Notes: a model not told the origin generated them from the sequence alone. 64,000 nucleotides of DNA from an uncultured Verrucomicrobiae bacterium (GCA_963719075.1 CAVRAN010000004.1:2861-66860); one strand, 5' to 3'; positions 25,697-35,106 are shown, numbered from the stretch's first letter. Numbers and translations are program-made.

Positions 25697-27685
25697 TCAC
25701 GTCATCGTGACAAACGGCGGCATCGGGCAGTCGAGCGTGTCGGAAATGGCACGTAGCAATTCGGCTTCGCCTTCTTGAACGATGTCGTCTGCGCCAACGG
25801 TGTGGACGCAGGCTTCGATTAGATTCTTTTTGATGATCGGCACGGCTTGCGCGAGGCGGTTCAGTGCGGCGTCAATTTCATTTACGCCGCATTTTTCCTT
25901 CGGCAGCAAATTCAAATCCACATTGTCCGGCGCGCGCAGATACGGCTCGCCGGTTTCAAACGCCTTTTCAATTTCCGCTGCGTCGTCGCTGCCGACGTTT
26001 GCCAGCGCGGAAAGCACGATAGCGCAATCCGGCACGAGCGGTTTGATCGTGTAAAACTGGACGACGGATTTTTGCGGCCCGTTGAATTGCGAATCCAGAT
26101 GCCGCAGCACGATTTTTTGCAGAACGAATTCAAACAATTCAACTTTCCCGTCGCTTTCGATAAGCCATTGCAGCGTCTGCGAAAAATTTTGGAATTGCTC
26201 CGCGCTCAATTGCCGCAATCCGCCCAACACCAGATTGATGATCGGCAGATGAACGTGCGCGGCGATTTTTGAAACATCGGGAAACAGCGCGGCGGTTTTA
26301 TCCGAAACAGATTGCGAGGCGCGCTTTCCGATTTCGGCGATTTGCGTTGCGCGCAATTTTTCATCGTCGCTCAAGAGCAGCGCGTAAATCAGCGCGACGG
26401 CGTCGAGCGGTTCGCGCGCGGCGGCCTTCACATTTTCCGGCAGCGCGTCGCGCAGCTTAACGGCGTATTCGAGATGCAGCGGCGTGGGATTGCCGATGTT
26501 CGGCAAAACGTGGCGCGATTTGATGACGGGCGGTTTTTCATCGTCGTCGCCGGCAGCGAGAATTGCGCCGCCAACGACGGTGCCAAAAAGATTTGGCAGC
26601 GGCGCGCGTTTTGGTTTGGGAATTTCTTCGGGCGGCTGGTCAAGTCCGTCGTAGCGAACTTCAGGAAATTTTCCGTCAAAATTCGGATCGAAAACGCGAA
26701 TGCGATCCGGCAGCGGTGGATGCGTTTCGAGCAGGCCGATAAAAGCCTCGCTGATGCCATTGGAAAAAAACATATGCGACAATTCTTCCGAATGCGCGTG
26801 CGCGAGGCGCGAGCCGTTTTCGCCGAGGCCGCCGATTTTTTTCAGTGCGTCGGTGATGCCGCTGGGATTTCGCGTGAATTGCACGGACGAAGCGTCGGCC
26901 AGAAATTCGCGCTGGCGGCTGACGGCGGCTTGAATCAAGCGTCCAAAAAAAACGCCGATGTAGCCGATGATGAGCAACGCGAGTCCGAGAATCGGCAGCG
27001 GATTTTGTCCGCGACTGCGCCCGCCGCCGCGCGCGGTTTGCAAAAGTATTCGCCCGATAATCGCGAGGCACAAAATTCCGAAAATCGTTCCCATGAGGCG
27101 CAGGTTCAGCCGCATGTCGCCGTTCAAAATGTGGCTGAACTCGTGGCCGATGACGCCTTGCAATTCGTCGCGCGACAGAAGTTTCATGCAGCCGCGCGTG
27201 ACGGTGACGGTCGCGTCGCCGGGTTTGTGGCCGGCGGCGAAGGCGTTGATGCCGTCCTCGTCGTCCATGACATAGACCTGCGGCACGGGCACGCCGGACG
27301 CGATGGCCATTTCCTCGACGACGTTGAGCAGCTTGCGTTCGTCGGGGTCGGTCGAGTTCGCGCTGACGAGCCGCGCGCCCATCATTTCCGAAACCGCGCT
27401 GCCGCCGGCGGCGAGCGCCATGGTTTTGTAGCTGCTGCCGATCAAAATGACGGCGATGGTGCCGAGCGCGACGGCGAGAAAAATCTGCGAGTCCCAAAGT
27501 GAAATTTGCGGCGCGGATCCGTCATTGTAATAATTGCCGCGATGCTGATGCAATTGGACGCCGGAAAAAGTCACCACCGCCGCGATGTAAATGGCCGCAA
27601 TCATCGCCGCGACGGCCAGGATGAAATAGATGACCAGCCACTTGGTTTTTTTGCGGGTCTTTTCTTGTTGCGCGAAGAAATCCAT
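25697..27685 (-). CDS. M48-family (HtpX-like) zinc metallopeptidase with large C-terminal domain
   Basis: N-terminal TM segments, the HEFSHILNGD (HExxH) motif, further TM helices, and a ~300-aa C-terminal extension. Confidence 0.85.
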   Translation of the reverse strand: MDFFAQQEKTRKKTKWLVIYFILAVAAMIAAIYIAAVVTFSGVQLHQHRGNYYNDGSAPQISLWDSQIFLAVALGTIAVILIGSSYKTMALAAGGSAVSEMMGARLVSANSTDPDERKLLNVVEEMAIASGVPVPQVYVMDDEDGINAFAAGHKPGDATVTVTRGCMKLLSRDELQGVIGHEFSHILNGDMRLNLRLMGTIFGILCLAIIGRILLQTARGGGRSRGQNPLPILGLALLIIGYIGVFFGRLIQAAVSRQREFLADASSVQFTRNPSGITDALKKIGGLGENGSRLAHAHSEELSHMFFSNGISEAFIGLLETHPPLPDRIRVFDPNFDGKFPEVRYDGLDQPPEEIPKPKRAPLPNLFGTVVGGAILAAGDDDEKPPVIKSRHVLPNIGNPTPLHLEYAVKLRDALPENVKAAAREPLDAVALIYALLLSDDEKLRATQIAEIGKRASQSVSDKTAALFPDVSKIAAHVHLPIINLVLGGLRQLSAEQFQNFSQTLQWLIESDGKVELFEFVLQKIVLRHLDSQFNGPQKSVVQFYTIKPLVPDCAIVLSALANVGSDDAAEIEKAFETGEPYLRAPDNVDLNLLPKEKCGVNEIDAALNRLAQAVPIIKKNLIEACVHTVGADDIVQEGEAELLRAISDTLDCPMPPFVTMT

Positions 27686-27688
27686 GGC

Positions 27689-27757
27689 AATTACGAATTT
27701 TGAATTCCGAATGACGAATTTAATTATTCGGAATTCGCCATTCGTAATTCGTCATTG
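27689..27757. repeat. compound palindrome built of CGAAT/ATTCG units between lemA and the M48 gene
   Basis: TTACGAAT..GAATTCCGAATGACGAATT taatt ATTCGGAATTC gcc ATTCGTAATTCGTCAT. It overlaps the lemA stop at 27752-27754. Confidence 0.7.
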
Positions 27758-28354
27758 AAATGAAACCTTCGGCGCATCCTTCTGCTCCGGCTTGTCCACG
27801 ACGAACATTTCCGCCGCACCGAAGTTGAACATTCCGGCGATGAGATTGCTCGGAAACACTTCGCGGTCGGTGTTGTAAGTCATCACGGAATCGTTGTAAG
27901 CCTGACGCGCGAAGGAAATTTTATTTTCCGTCGAGGTCAATTCCTCGGTGAGCTGCATCATGTTCTGGTTCGCCTTCAGGTCGGGATATTGTTCGCTGAC
28001 CATCATCAAACGGCTCAACGTGCCGCCGAGGCCGGTTTCCGCCGACGCGAGATTTTTTATCGCGCTCGAATCGCCGGGATTTGCCGCCGCCGTTTTGGAA
28101 GCTTCGTAGGCGATGTTGCGCGCCTCAGTGACGGCCTGCAACGTGCCGCGTTCGTGCGCCATGTAGCCTTTCGCGGTCTCGACGAGATTCGGAATCAAGT
28201 CGTAGCGGCGCTTGAGCTGCACGTCAATCTGCGCGTAGGCGTTTTTGTAGCGGTTGCGCAAAGTTACGAGTTTGTTATAGCCGCTGATGACAAAAACGAC
28301 GATGAAGAATAGCGGAATGACGAGGATAATGAGTACGATAAATAATGCTTTCAT
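27752..28354 (-). CDS. lemA: LemA family protein
   Basis: N-terminal TM helix, then YNKLVTLRNRYKNAYAQIDVQLKRRYDLIPNLVETAKGYMAHERGTL, typical of LemA. Confidence 0.85.
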   Translation of the reverse strand: MKALFIVLIILVIPLFFIVVFVISGYNKLVTLRNRYKNAYAQIDVQLKRRYDLIPNLVETAKGYMAHERGTLQAVTEARNIAYEASKTAAANPGDSSAIKNLASAETGLGGTLSRLMMVSEQYPDLKANQNMMQLTEELTSTENKISFARQAYNDSVMTYNTDREVFPSNLIAGMFNFGAAEMFVVDKPEQKDAPKVSFQ

Positions 28355-30316
28355 AATTTTTCTCTCTCTGGAGTTTGTTCTGGTTGGGCGGGCAAGTAAA
28401 TCTGAAATGTCGAACCTTTATCAACTTCGCTTTCAACCAGAATGAAGCCGCCGTGACTTTTAGCGGTGGATAGAACAGTGGACAATCCGAGTCCGGCACC
28501 TTTGCCGAGTTCTTTGCTGGTGAAAAATGGCTCAAAAATCCGGTCAATATTTTCGCGGGGAATGCCGCGGCCAGTGTCCGTGATTTCCAAAATCACATAA
28601 CGTCCCGCGCGGGCGTCAACATGAGTGACAACGAAATCCGCGTCCGCCGTGAAATTGCGAATGGTAACTGTCAGCTTGCCGCCAGAAGGCATGGCGTCGC
28701 GGGCATTGAAGCAAAGATTCAACAGCATTTGATGCAAATTCATGGGATCGCCTGCTACCGTCCAAATATCGGAAGCAATGTGCGTTTCAATTTGAATCGA
28801 ACGGTTGAATGTTTCAACGGCGATGCGTGTGACGTCTTTGACGAAATGCTTCAGGTTAATCGGAATTTGTTGACCTTCCACACCCCGTCCAAATGCAAGC
28901 ACTTGTTTGACTATCTCGGCGCCGCGCTTGGCGCTGGCTTCCATAGTTGCCAGCATATTCAAACCGTCCTCATCATTGACTTTTTCGCGCAATAAAGCAG
29001 ACGAAATTAAAATGGGGGTCAAAATATTATTTAAGTCATGTGCGATGCCGGTGGCCAGTCGCCCGATGCTTTCCATGCGCTGGGCGCGCAGAAGCTGCAC
29101 CTCAAGATTTTTTTTGTCCGTGATGTCGCGGCCAATGCCGACAAGAACCGATAATTTTACCGTCAGCATCGCGCCAGGGGACCTTGGTCGTGAGCAGCCA
29201 AAGAATTTCGCCGGAGGACGTAACCACTTTTTCTTCGCGGTTGATAAGCGACTGGCCTTTTTGAAGCACCAATTGATCATCCTGGAATAACTTCTCGGCA
29301 ATCTCCTTTGGAAAAAAATCGAAATCGTTTTTGCCCAAGGCTTCAGCTTCGGTTTTATGTCCCAAATTTTTCAAATCAGCTGGATTAGCCAGCACTTTTC
29401 GCGCATTGGCGTCCTTGACATAAATGGCATCTGGCAAATTTTCAATCACCGTGCGCAACAAATTTCGCTCCGCCATCAGTTTGACGTCGGTTTCCTTTTG
29501 CTTGGTAACATCGTGACCGATGCCCACCAGACCGATAATTTTACCGTCAGCATCGCGCCAGGGGACCTTGGTCGTGAGCAGCCAAAGAATTTCGCCGGAG
29601 GACGTAACCACTTTTTCTTCGCGGTTGATGAGCGGCTGGCCTTTTTGAAGCACCAATTGATCATCCTGAAATAGCTTCTCGGCAATCTCCTTTGGAAAAA
29701 AATCGAAATCGTTTTTGCCCAAGGCTTCAGCTTCAGTTTTACAGCCCAAATTTTTCAAATCAGCTGGATTAGCCAGTATTTTGCGCGCATCAGCATCCTT
29801 GGCGTAAATGCCATCCGGCAGGTTGTCAATTAACGTGCGCAGCAGATTGCGTTCTTCCAGCAATTTCAGTTCCGCTTCCTTTTGCTTGGTGATGTTGCGT
29901 CCGCCACCGATGATGCCAATGATGTTTCCTGCCGCGTCGCGCCACGGGATTTTTTTGGTAAGCATCCAGAAAACTCTGCCATCAGAAGTGACAAGCTTTT
30001 CTTCACGGTCAATGAGCGATTGACCTTTCTGAAGCACCAACTGATCGTCTTCAAAAAGTTTGGCGGCGACTTCCTCTGAAAATAGATCAAAATCAGTTTT
30101 GCCCAAAACGTCGGCTTCGTTCTCGAAACCTAGATTTTTGACATTGGCTTTATTCGCCAAGATTTTACCCCCCGCAGTATCTTTCGCATAGATGGAGTCC
30201 GGGTAATTGTCAATCAACGCACGCAGCAAATGACGTTCTTCTGTCAGACGCTTGTTTAAAACCTCAAGCTCATTCAGCTTTTTGAGAAGGTCTTGCTCGT
30301 TTGTTGTCTTCTGCAT
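28351..30316 (-). pseudogene. cytoplasmic histidine kinase with three tandem PAS modules; one frame break at the PAS3/H-box junction
   Basis: ORF 29102..30316 holds three PAS repeats ending ...WRDADGKIIG, then nonsense. ORF 28351..29301 resumes VGIGRDITDKKNLEVQLLRAQRMESIGRLATGIAHDLNN plus the N, G1 and G2 boxes. Compared with the sister repeat (gaccgat), the site reads gaaccgat, an extra a at 29146-29147. ATGA overlap with lemA. Confidence 0.85.
29140..29910. repeat. tandem duplication, period 384 bp, of a PAS-module coding segment (two near-identical units; a third, more diverged unit follows to ~30280)
   Basis: The same >200-nt string (gataattttaccgtcagcatcgcgccaggggaccttggtcgtgagcagccaaagaatttcgcc...) starts at 29150 and at 29534. 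Confidence 0.85.
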
Positions 30317-30407
30317 TTCAAGAAATGGCCCGGCACATGAAGTCGTCAGGTCAGATGTTCCTATCTAAAGCGAAGCATCAGCACAACGCAAGTGTAATTC
30401 ATCTTCG

Positions 30408-31583
30408 TCACGGCTCGACAAAAATCGGCATCCCAACCCATGCGAGCTTCATCAAATACTCCGCGTCCCAATTCGCCAGCCGGAAACAACCGTGCGATTC
30501 CGTCCGTCCGATCTGCTCCGGCGCAGGCGTGCCGTGAATGCCATAACCCGTTTTGTCCAAGCCGATCCATGCGATGCCGACCGGATTTTTCGGCCCCGGC
30601 GGTAAAACCAATTTCACATCCGATTGCCGTGCTTCCGGCGATTCAGGAAAAAGCTCCGGATCGAACGTGTAATTCGGATTCGGCGCTATGACGGTGACGT
30701 GCAATTCTCCAACCGGCCTTTTCTCGACGAGCGCGGCGATGCTGCACGGAAAATGCGCAAGCAGATTTGTGTCCGAATCAAACGCCTCTAAAAATTTGTC
30801 CGCAAGATGAATGACAACAAATGCTGCCTTGTCCGTTGGCACGGGATAATTCACGTCGGGAATTTTCAAAATCGTTCCCGCCAAAATATTCGTCCAGTTC
30901 ACATTCGGATTCAGTTTTTGGATCAACAACGGATTCGAGTGCGCTTTTTCGCCGACGAGTTCGAGTTCCGTTTCGTAATCGAGCGCGGACTGCTGCGATT
31001 TTTCCAGCCACGTTTTGCCGAGCGGTTGCAGCCGCGCGAGATCATTCGTCGTCACGACGTAGTTTGTCAAAATCGGAGAATCGAGCGTGAGTTGCGGACG
31101 CGTGTTTGTGTCGAGCTTGCCGGTTTCCGGCAGATTTTCGATTCGTTGAAAAACCGAAATCGCCGCGCGCGTCTGCGAACCCAGCGCGTCGTCAATCGAA
31201 CCCGGCGAAATCCCGCGCCGCGCCAATGCGACTTGCGCTTCCAAAACGTCCAACACTGGGCGCGGAAAATCCACCGGCGATTGCCGCAAAATGACCAATG
31301 GCTTTGTCTGTAGTTTGGAAACCGTCGTTTTTGCCTGGAAATTTTTTTGGGGACGGTCGTGCCACCAAAAAAAATAAATTACGCTGGCAATGAGAACAAA
31401 AAAAATCAGCCAGCCGAATTTAGCCCCGCGTTTTCTTCGAGCACGGGGCACTTGATATTTTGGTTTTAGACGGCGAGACACGCAGGTTATTTTAACCGAA
31501 CCGCAAAAAGAACGCAAAGAGCACAAAGAATTAAAATTATTGGCTATGCTCCTTAGTGTTTTATGCGGTTGAAAGAAAACCAA
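30408..31583 (-). CDS. L,D-transpeptidase (YkuD domain) with peptidoglycan-binding domain; start uncertain
   Basis: The C-terminal GIHGTPAPEQIGRTESHGCFRLANWD catalytic motif and the PG-binding-like LARRGISPGSIDDALGSQTRAAISVFQ are present. The first ~30 codons of the track ORF are read from a REP-like element. Confidence 0.8.
   Translation of the reverse strand: MVFFQPHKTLRSIANNFNSLCSLRSFCGSVKITCVSRRLKPKYQVPRARRKRGAKFGWLIFFVLIASVIYFFWWHDRPQKNFQAKTTVSKLQTKPLVILRQSPVDFPRPVLDVLEAQVALARRGISPGSIDDALGSQTRAAISVFQRIENLPETGKLDTNTRPQLTLDSPILTNYVVTTNDLARLQPLGKTWLEKSQQSALDYETELELVGEKAHSNPLLIQKLNPNVNWTNILAGTILKIPDVNYPVPTDKAAFVVIHLADKFLEAFDSDTNLLAHFPCSIAALVEKRPVGELHVTVIAPNPNYTFDPELFPESPEARQSDVKLVLPPGPKNPVGIAWIGLDKTGYGIHGTPAPEQIGRTESHGCFRLANWDAEYLMKLAWVGMPIFVEP
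31501..31567. repeat. diverged (A-rich) member of the CACAGAG palindromic family
   Basis: CCGCAAAAAGAACGCAAAGAGCACAAAGAA ttaaaattatt GGCTATGCTCCTTAGTGTTTTATGCGG. Confidence 0.5.
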
Positions 31584-31586
31584 CGT

Positions 31587-32426
31587 TCACGCTTTCGCCA
31601 GTATTTCGTTGTAGGCGTGTGCGATTTGATCCACGAGCGGCGACGGCGCGACCGGCTCGCCGTCAAACGACGCCACCGGCACAATGCCGAGCGCACTTTG
31701 CGTGATAAAAATGCCTTCGGCCTTTCGCAACGCCTCGGGTTTAACAACCCATTTGTTCGTTTGCAGGCCGAGCATCTGGCAAATTTCAAGCACGACCGCG
31801 CGAGTGATTCCCGGCAAAGCCCCGCAGCCCGCCGGCACGGTGCAGACTTTATCGCGATAAATCCAAAATATATTTCCACCTGCGGTTTCAACGATTTCAC
31901 CATTCGTGTTCAAAAGCAATGCTTCGTCCGCAGCTTTCTCTTGGGCTTCGATTCGTGCCATGACGTGCGTCAATTTGCTCGTCGTTTTGAAAGAGGAAAT
32001 CGGATCATTGGCCGGAACACGAAATGACGATGTAACCAAACTCCAGTGTTTCGAATTTTTGACATCCGATTGCGGTGCGTTGTGCAGTGTCATCAGCAGT
32101 GTCGGTTTGCCGTCACCGTTGGGCGCGTAACCGCGTTCGCCCGGCCCGCGCGTCAGCGTCACGCGCAGAATCGCTTCGAGCATTTTATTTTGCTCGATGA
32201 GTTGCGTGGCGAATTTTTCCAGTTCCTTCGGCGTGAACGGGCATTTTATTTTGAGAAAATCCGCGCCACGCATCATCCGCTCGAGATGTTGCGCCATGCG
32301 GAACGGTTTCTTCCCCACGACGCGCATTGTTTCGAACAACCCGTCGCCATACATGAAACCGCGGTCGTTGATTGGAACGACAGCCTCCGTTTCAGGTAAA
32401 AATTGTCCGTTGAGGAAAACGAACAT
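31587..32426 (-). CDS. pabC: class IV aminotransferase-fold enzyme, probably aminodeoxychorismate lyase
   Basis: FLNGQFLPETEAVVPINDRGFMYGDGLFET and the GITR motif are present. The assignment to pabC rests on the adjacency to pabB. Confidence 0.7.
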   Translation of the reverse strand: MFVFLNGQFLPETEAVVPINDRGFMYGDGLFETMRVVGKKPFRMAQHLERMMRGADFLKIKCPFTPKELEKFATQLIEQNKMLEAILRVTLTRGPGERGYAPNGDGKPTLLMTLHNAPQSDVKNSKHWSLVTSSFRVPANDPISSFKTTSKLTHVMARIEAQEKAADEALLLNTNGEIVETAGGNIFWIYRDKVCTVPAGCGALPGITRAVVLEICQMLGLQTNKWVVKPEALRKAEGIFITQSALGIVPVASFDGEPVAPSPLVDQIAHAYNEILAKA

Positions 32427-32488
32427 GAAATTTTAGTTCCTAATGTCGGTTTAATTATCTGAAGTCTGGCAACTGGGCGAGCAGAAAA

Positions 32489-33946
32489 TTATCGGCATTC
32501 CAATTGTAAGGAAAATGAAGCAGGTAATTGTAAATTCAACGCTGCAAAAAATCCGAGCGCCTTCGTCAGTGTTTCTTTGTATTCGGCTTGGGGATTGGAA
32601 TCCGCCACGATACCGGCACCGACGTTGAAATAAATTTTTTCCTGCGCGCAAATCGCCGTGCGAATTGCGATACTTAACTGAGTTTCTCGGTTGAAGCCGA
32701 GGTAGCCAATTGCTCCGCAGTAAGTCCCGCGCGAAATTGGTTCCAGTTCATCAATGATTTCCATCGCACGAAACTTGGGCGCGCCGGTGATGCTGCCGCC
32801 AGGGAAACACGACGCGAACGCGGCGAAATGTGTCACGTCGTTTCGCAGCCGGCCTTCGACGGTGGAAACGAGATGCTGCACTTGCGCGAATTTTTCGAGT
32901 TTGGCAAGCTCCGGCACTTGCACGGAACCGTATTCACAGACTTTGCCTAAATCATTCCGCAACAGATCGGTGATCATCACGAGTTCGGCGAGTTCCTTGG
33001 CGCTGGTCTGTAATTCGTAGGCGAGCTGGGCGTCGCGCGTCGGGTCGGCATCACGCGGGCGCGTGCCTTTGATCGGCCGTGATTGAATATGCGAGCCGCT
33101 CAGGCGCAGAAATTGTTCCGGCGAGGAAGACGCAATTTGGAAATCACCGCAGTCGAAAAATGCGGAGAATGGCGCGGGCGAAACAGCGCTCAATTTCGCA
33201 AAAAATTCCCAGCCGGACATTTGGCATTGCACCGACAATCGCTGCGAAAGGTTGACTTGATAAATGTCGCCGGCGCAAATGTAACGTTGCGTGCGCTCGA
33301 CGGCGTCGAGAAATTCGGCGCGAGTAAAATTAGAGGCAACAGGTGAATCGTAAATCGTAAATCGTAAATCGTGAGATGGCAGATTGCTTGATGGATTGCC
33401 TTCCAGTTTTGTTTGCCAAAATTTTAATTGTTCCTTTGCCCGCGTTTCATTACGTGAACCGTCGGCGTTCAGGCCGGTCGAAACGACGCACACTTTGCCG
33501 AGGCGATGATCGAAGACGACGAGGGCGTCGTAAAAACCGACGTGGCAGTCGGGCAGTTCCAAGTCGTTGACGGCGCGGCGCGGCAGTTTCGGCTCGGTGA
33601 AATTTTTCAGGTCGTAGCCCCAGTAGCCGAACGCGCCGCCGAGCGGGAACGGCAGGTCAATTTCGTCCAGTAGTTCAAAACGCGACATGAGCGCGTCGAG
33701 AATGTGCCACGGGTTGCCGAACTGGATTTGGGAGATGGAAGTTGGAAGTTGGGAGTTGGAAATTTCACAGCGCGAGCCGAAGGAACGAAACGTGAGAAAT
33801 GGATTTGCGGCGACGAATGAATAACGCGCCTGCGGCGAATCAAAAGAATTGCTGCGCAGCAAAATAATTCCGCTTTCACCGCGCAATTGCTCGACGAACG
33901 ATTCCGGCGTATGTGCAGTTTGAATTTCTTGAATCAGTGGGCGCAT
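32489..33946 (-). CDS. pabB: aminodeoxychorismate synthase component I (chorismate-binding enzyme)
   Basis: AGDIYQVNLSQRL, SPEQFLR, IQSRPIKGTRPR, MITDLLRNDLGKV, FPGGSITGAPK and RGTYCGAIGYL. Confidence 0.85.
   Translation of the reverse strand: MRPLIQEIQTAHTPESFVEQLRGESGIILLRSNSFDSPQARYSFVAANPFLTFRSFGSRCEISNSQLPTSISQIQFGNPWHILDALMSRFELLDEIDLPFPLGGAFGYWGYDLKNFTEPKLPRRAVNDLELPDCHVGFYDALVVFDHRLGKVCVVSTGLNADGSRNETRAKEQLKFWQTKLEGNPSSNLPSHDLRFTIYDSPVASNFTRAEFLDAVERTQRYICAGDIYQVNLSQRLSVQCQMSGWEFFAKLSAVSPAPFSAFFDCGDFQIASSSPEQFLRLSGSHIQSRPIKGTRPRDADPTRDAQLAYELQTSAKELAELVMITDLLRNDLGKVCEYGSVQVPELAKLEKFAQVQHLVSTVEGRLRNDVTHFAAFASCFPGGSITGAPKFRAMEIIDELEPISRGTYCGAIGYLGFNRETQLSIAIRTAICAQEKIYFNVGAGIVADSNPQAEYKETLTKALGFFAALNLQLPASFSLQLECR
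33346..33373. repeat. heptanucleotide tandem repeat (AATCGTA) x4 inside pabB
   Basis: aatcgta aatcgta aatcgta aatcgtg. It is translated on the minus strand as HDLRFTIYD. Confidence 0.9.
33734..33761. repeat. heptanucleotide tandem repeat (GTTGGAA) x4 inside pabB
   Basis: gatggaa gttggaa gttggga gttggaa. It is translated as SNSQLPTSIS. Confidence 0.85.
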
Positions 33947-33952
33947 AAAACT

Positions 33953-34279
33953 TCATTGCGTTCCCGAACTTCGAGTTAGGCGTTGCACATACCAAATGGA
34001 CCAGAATATAAAGGCGAGAATGGCCGCCAACATTAAACTGCAAACTGTAAAGCCAATCTTATTTTGTTCAATTGTGCCCAATTTCCATTGGTGAATTTGC
34101 CCGTGATCCATGACAACAGCTTTCCAAGTTGTTGGGATTTTTTCGCCATAGAGACTAATTGCTTCGGATGCTGGAATTGCGGCAAGCCATGGTGCCCAAG
34201 CGAAAAAAACTGGGAACATTGCAATTGCAGCAATAATTTGCAGGACAGAAATAATTTTTAATTTTGAAGAAATTAACAT
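33953..34279 (-). CDS. hypothetical small membrane protein (108 aa), AT-rich
   Basis: ATG-started ORF with two clear hydrophobic helices (IISVLQIIAAIAMFPVFFAWAPWLAAI and FTVCSLMLAAILAFIFWSIW). Confidence 0.5.
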   Translation of the reverse strand: MLISSKLKIISVLQIIAAIAMFPVFFAWAPWLAAIPASEAISLYGEKIPTTWKAVVMDHGQIHQWKLGTIEQNKIGFTVCSLMLAAILAFIFWSIWYVQRLTRSSGTQ

Positions 34280-34285
34280 GATTTT

Positions 34286-34960
34286 TTACGCAAACGCCCG
34301 AGGCGTGATCGCGGGCGGGCCGACGCGGCGTTCGTAGTCGCGGATGATGGCGATGACTTCGTCCACGTCGTCGGTGATTTTCACGAGGTCGAGGTCGCCG
34401 GGGCTGATGAACTTGTCTTTTTCCAGCCGAGTTTTCATCCAGGCGAGCAGGCCGCGCCAGTGTTCGCGCCCGAACAGGATGAGCGGGAATTGCGGGATGC
34501 GCTGCGTCTGCACAAGCGTGAGGACTTCAAAAAATTCGTCGAGCGTGCCGAAGCCGCCGGGCATGAACACGAAGCCTAGGCTGTATTTCACGAAACAAAC
34601 TTTGCGCGCGAAAAAATAATGGAAATGGATCGGGATGTTGGCGTAGCGGTTGCCGCTTTGCTCGTGCGGCAGTTCGATGTTGAGGCCGACGGATTTGCCG
34701 CCGGCGTGTTCCGCGCCTTTGTTCGCGGCTTCCATGATGCCGGGGCCGCCGCCGGTGACGACGGCGAGATTGTGCTTGGCGAGGCCCTTGGCGATGTCGT
34801 GCGCGGCGCGATAAAATTTGTCGGTCGGCTTGGTGCGCGCGGAGCCAAAAATCGTCACGGCCGGGCCGACTTGGGACAGCGTCTGAAACGAATCCACGAA
34901 CTCGGCCATGATGCGGAAGATGCGCCACGGGTCTTCGCGGATGAAATTGTTGTCGCTCAT
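34286..34960 (-). CDS. LOG family / TIGR00730 Rossmann-fold nucleotide-binding protein
   Basis: VTIFGSAR, VVTGGGPGIMEAANKGA and the PGGFGTLDEFFE motif. ATG 34960 (MSDNNF) was chosen because the track start at 35014 lies in a REP element. Confidence 0.85.
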   Translation of the reverse strand: MSDNNFIREDPWRIFRIMAEFVDSFQTLSQVGPAVTIFGSARTKPTDKFYRAAHDIAKGLAKHNLAVVTGGGPGIMEAANKGAEHAGGKSVGLNIELPHEQSGNRYANIPIHFHYFFARKVCFVKYSLGFVFMPGGFGTLDEFFEVLTLVQTQRIPQFPLILFGREHWRGLLAWMKTRLEKDKFISPGDLDLVKITDDVDEVIAIIRDYERRVGPPAITPRAFA

Positions 34961-35007
34961 GCACGAAAGATAGACGCGGCGGGGAAATGAAACAAGCGCG
35001 GGAAAAA

Positions 35008-35070
35008 TTGCCACAGAGGCGCAGAGCCAGACAAAGATATTTCTCTGTGTGCTCGGTGACTCTGTGGCAA
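35008..35070. repeat. palindromic REP-like element, GCCACAGAG family
   Basis: TTGCCACAGAGGCGCAGAGCCAGACAAAGATATTTCTCTGTGTGCTCGGTGACTCTGTGGCAA. Confidence 0.7.
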
Positions 35071-35106
35071 AAATAAAAAAGCCGGAGAAAATAAATTCTC
35101 CGGCTT
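35070..35106 (-). terminator. rho-independent terminator of nrdJ (structurally bidirectional)
   Basis: A perfect 11-bp stem AAGCCGGAGAA/TTCTCCGGCTT (35079-35089 / 35096-35106) with a 6-nt loop. It is followed on the minus strand by TTTTTTATTTTT. Confidence 0.75.
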
